Assembly: GCA_044359815.1 (NCBI GenBank)
Contig: JBIKLL010000016.1
Location: 1-47,664, forward strand
From: Pseudobdellovibrionaceae bacterium
Lineage (GTDB): Bacteria; Bdellovibrionota; Bdellovibrionia; Bdellovibrionales; Bdellovibrionaceae
DNA: 47,664 bases
Direction of reading: 5' to 3'
Position 1 is the stretch's first letter, and every line of letters begins with the position of its first letter. Of the stretch, positions 46,745 through 47,664 are shown one piece after another. The notes under the pieces were generated by a model. The model saw only the letters and a list, made by a program, of their open reading frames with translations, searched no databases and was not told where the DNA came from. Made by a program: the position numbers and the translations under genes.

Positions 46745-47341
46745 ATGCCGATCAAATCCTTTTTTACTGCCACACTGTTATTGATTTTTTGTGTTAGCTT
46801 AAGCTCTTGCAATAAGGGCTCTGACAGCAATCCACAAAACCCTACTGTAAATCCCGAAAATCGTAACGAAGAAGATGGCTCTGATGAATCACCCATTAAT
46901 AGTTCACCGGATGCCAAAGCCATGTTGAAATTAGTTGGAAATTACCAATTGAAGTTTTTAGGGTGCAATACTGATGACGGACCTGTGGCTCCTGAAAATT
47001 TGCTGCCTTACACCACAGAGACTCAAATGAAAATCTGGGCGGTTTCTGACAAGCAAAACGTCACTTGGTCAACGGCAGACAAAAAACAAAAAGAAATTTT
47101 TAAAGAAACTTTTGTTGTGAACCAAAAAAATGCACAGCTTGAATCCCATTGGAGCACCGAAGGCGACGTGGGCTTTGCAATTTATTTTGGCTGCCCTACA
47201 GACCGCTTGGAATTTGACAACTGTCAAAGCCGCGAATTTTACAAAAATGAGAAAAGCTCTATTTACACTTATACAGAATACCGAGTGATCGGCACTAAGC
47301 GCACAACAATCCGCTGCGATTACGACGTAAAGGCGCTTTAA
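46745..47341 (+). CDS. Hypothetical lipoprotein
   Basis: RBS aggagg; lipobox LSSC; acidic linker then a beta-rich domain with 4 Cys. Confidence 0.8.
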   Translation: MPIKSFFTATLLLIFCVSLSSCNKGSDSNPQNPTVNPENRNEEDGSDESPINSSPDAKAMLKLVGNYQLKFLGCNTDDGPVAPENLLPYTTETQMKIWAVSDKQNVTWSTADKKQKEIFKETFVVNQKNAQLESHWSTEGDVGFAIYFGCPTDRLEFDNCQSREFYKNEKSSIYTYTEYRVIGTKRTTIRCDYDVKAL

Positions 47342-47361
47342 ACCAGCCCCTAGAGGTCCCA

Positions 47362-47459
47362 CTTGGCTGTAGTTAATTTGAATTTAAAAAAATATCTCTA
47401 TGATTTTACACCTTGAGAATACTTGCTAACGGCCGCAAGCTCATCTCTCGTATTGTGTC
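47362..47459 (+). repeat. Shared flank plus solo inverted arm B of the hairpin repeat family
   Basis: Matches the reverse complements of 177-217 and 52-88 (see above). Confidence 0.85.
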
Positions 47460-47540
47460 ATAAACTTAAAAGCAATTAATCAATCCAGGGTTAGTTTTCT
47501 GAAGCCAGATTTTGTATTTTCAAATTTTTCTTTTTTTTAT

Positions 47541-47664
47541 ACCTTGTGAATACATTTGCGAGCGCGCATGGCATATCTGGTGTTGTGTCGTTTAATTTAA
47601 TTAGGTTTATGATAATTTATTAATCATATACCTAGTTAAATTAAACGACACAATACGAGAGATG
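47541..47664 (+). repeat. Hairpin repeat element, copy 2 (right arm truncated by window edge)
   Basis: Arm A at 47544-47585; 18-bp perfect stem 47583-47600/47636-47653 extended by an imperfect inner stem; arm B begins caatacgagagatg. Confidence 0.9.

Noticed and set aside
657..47362. Numerous 60-130-aa ORFs nested in or antisense to larger genes
   Set aside because: They have no recognisable motifs and almost all overlap well-supported genes; they are interpreted as shadow ORFs.
47411..47664. Integron attC sites (GCTAAC/GTTAGC in arm B, long imperfect hairpin)
   Set aside because: The partner arm reads GCGAGC rather than providing a matching AAC/GTT core. There is no cassette array and no integrase, and the flanking genes include housekeeping genes.
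1..47664. Circular replicon, or a giant transposon bounded by terminal inverted repeats
   Set aside because: The two ends share arms but have different cores, so there is no true terminal overlap. The content is chromosomal (rpmG, waaA, dcd) with no transposase, integrase or rep gene.

Overview
A 47.7-kb AT-rich bacterial chromosomal segment that is densely coding, with about 37 genes. Gene content suggests a predatory Bdellovibrionota (Bdellovibrio-like) organism, by inference from a stand-alone FliG-C-like protein, an 'INSCGIREW' STAS-like protein, a CheW-less CheA-like kinase, FecR-FN3, and many orphan beta-barrels and lipoproteins. Housekeeping genes include a deoxyhypusine synthase-like protein, tcdA, TatD, DedA, RluA, an RlmL-like methyltransferase, a GT9 heptosyltransferase, waaA, a FabMG-like enoyl-ACP reductase, clsB, rpmG and dcd. 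There is also a six-gene signalling cluster at 26.8-35.9 kb. No rRNA, tRNA, CRISPR array, integrase or transposase was recognised. Three signals stand out. (1) A non-coding repeat family sits at both window ends, with conserved imperfect arms that show compensatory changes around a variable AT-rich hairpin core (REP/REPIN-like DNA or a structured RNA). (2) Three translationally coupled 'outer-membrane beta-barrel + large lipoprotein' gene pairs are present, and two are clear paralogous modules with an identical 11-nt overlap, a candidate dedicated surface-lipoprotein export system. (3) One cargo lipoprotein has a Ser/Thr-rich segment resembling a beta-pore-forming hairpin. All family assignments come from motif recognition by eye, with no database search.
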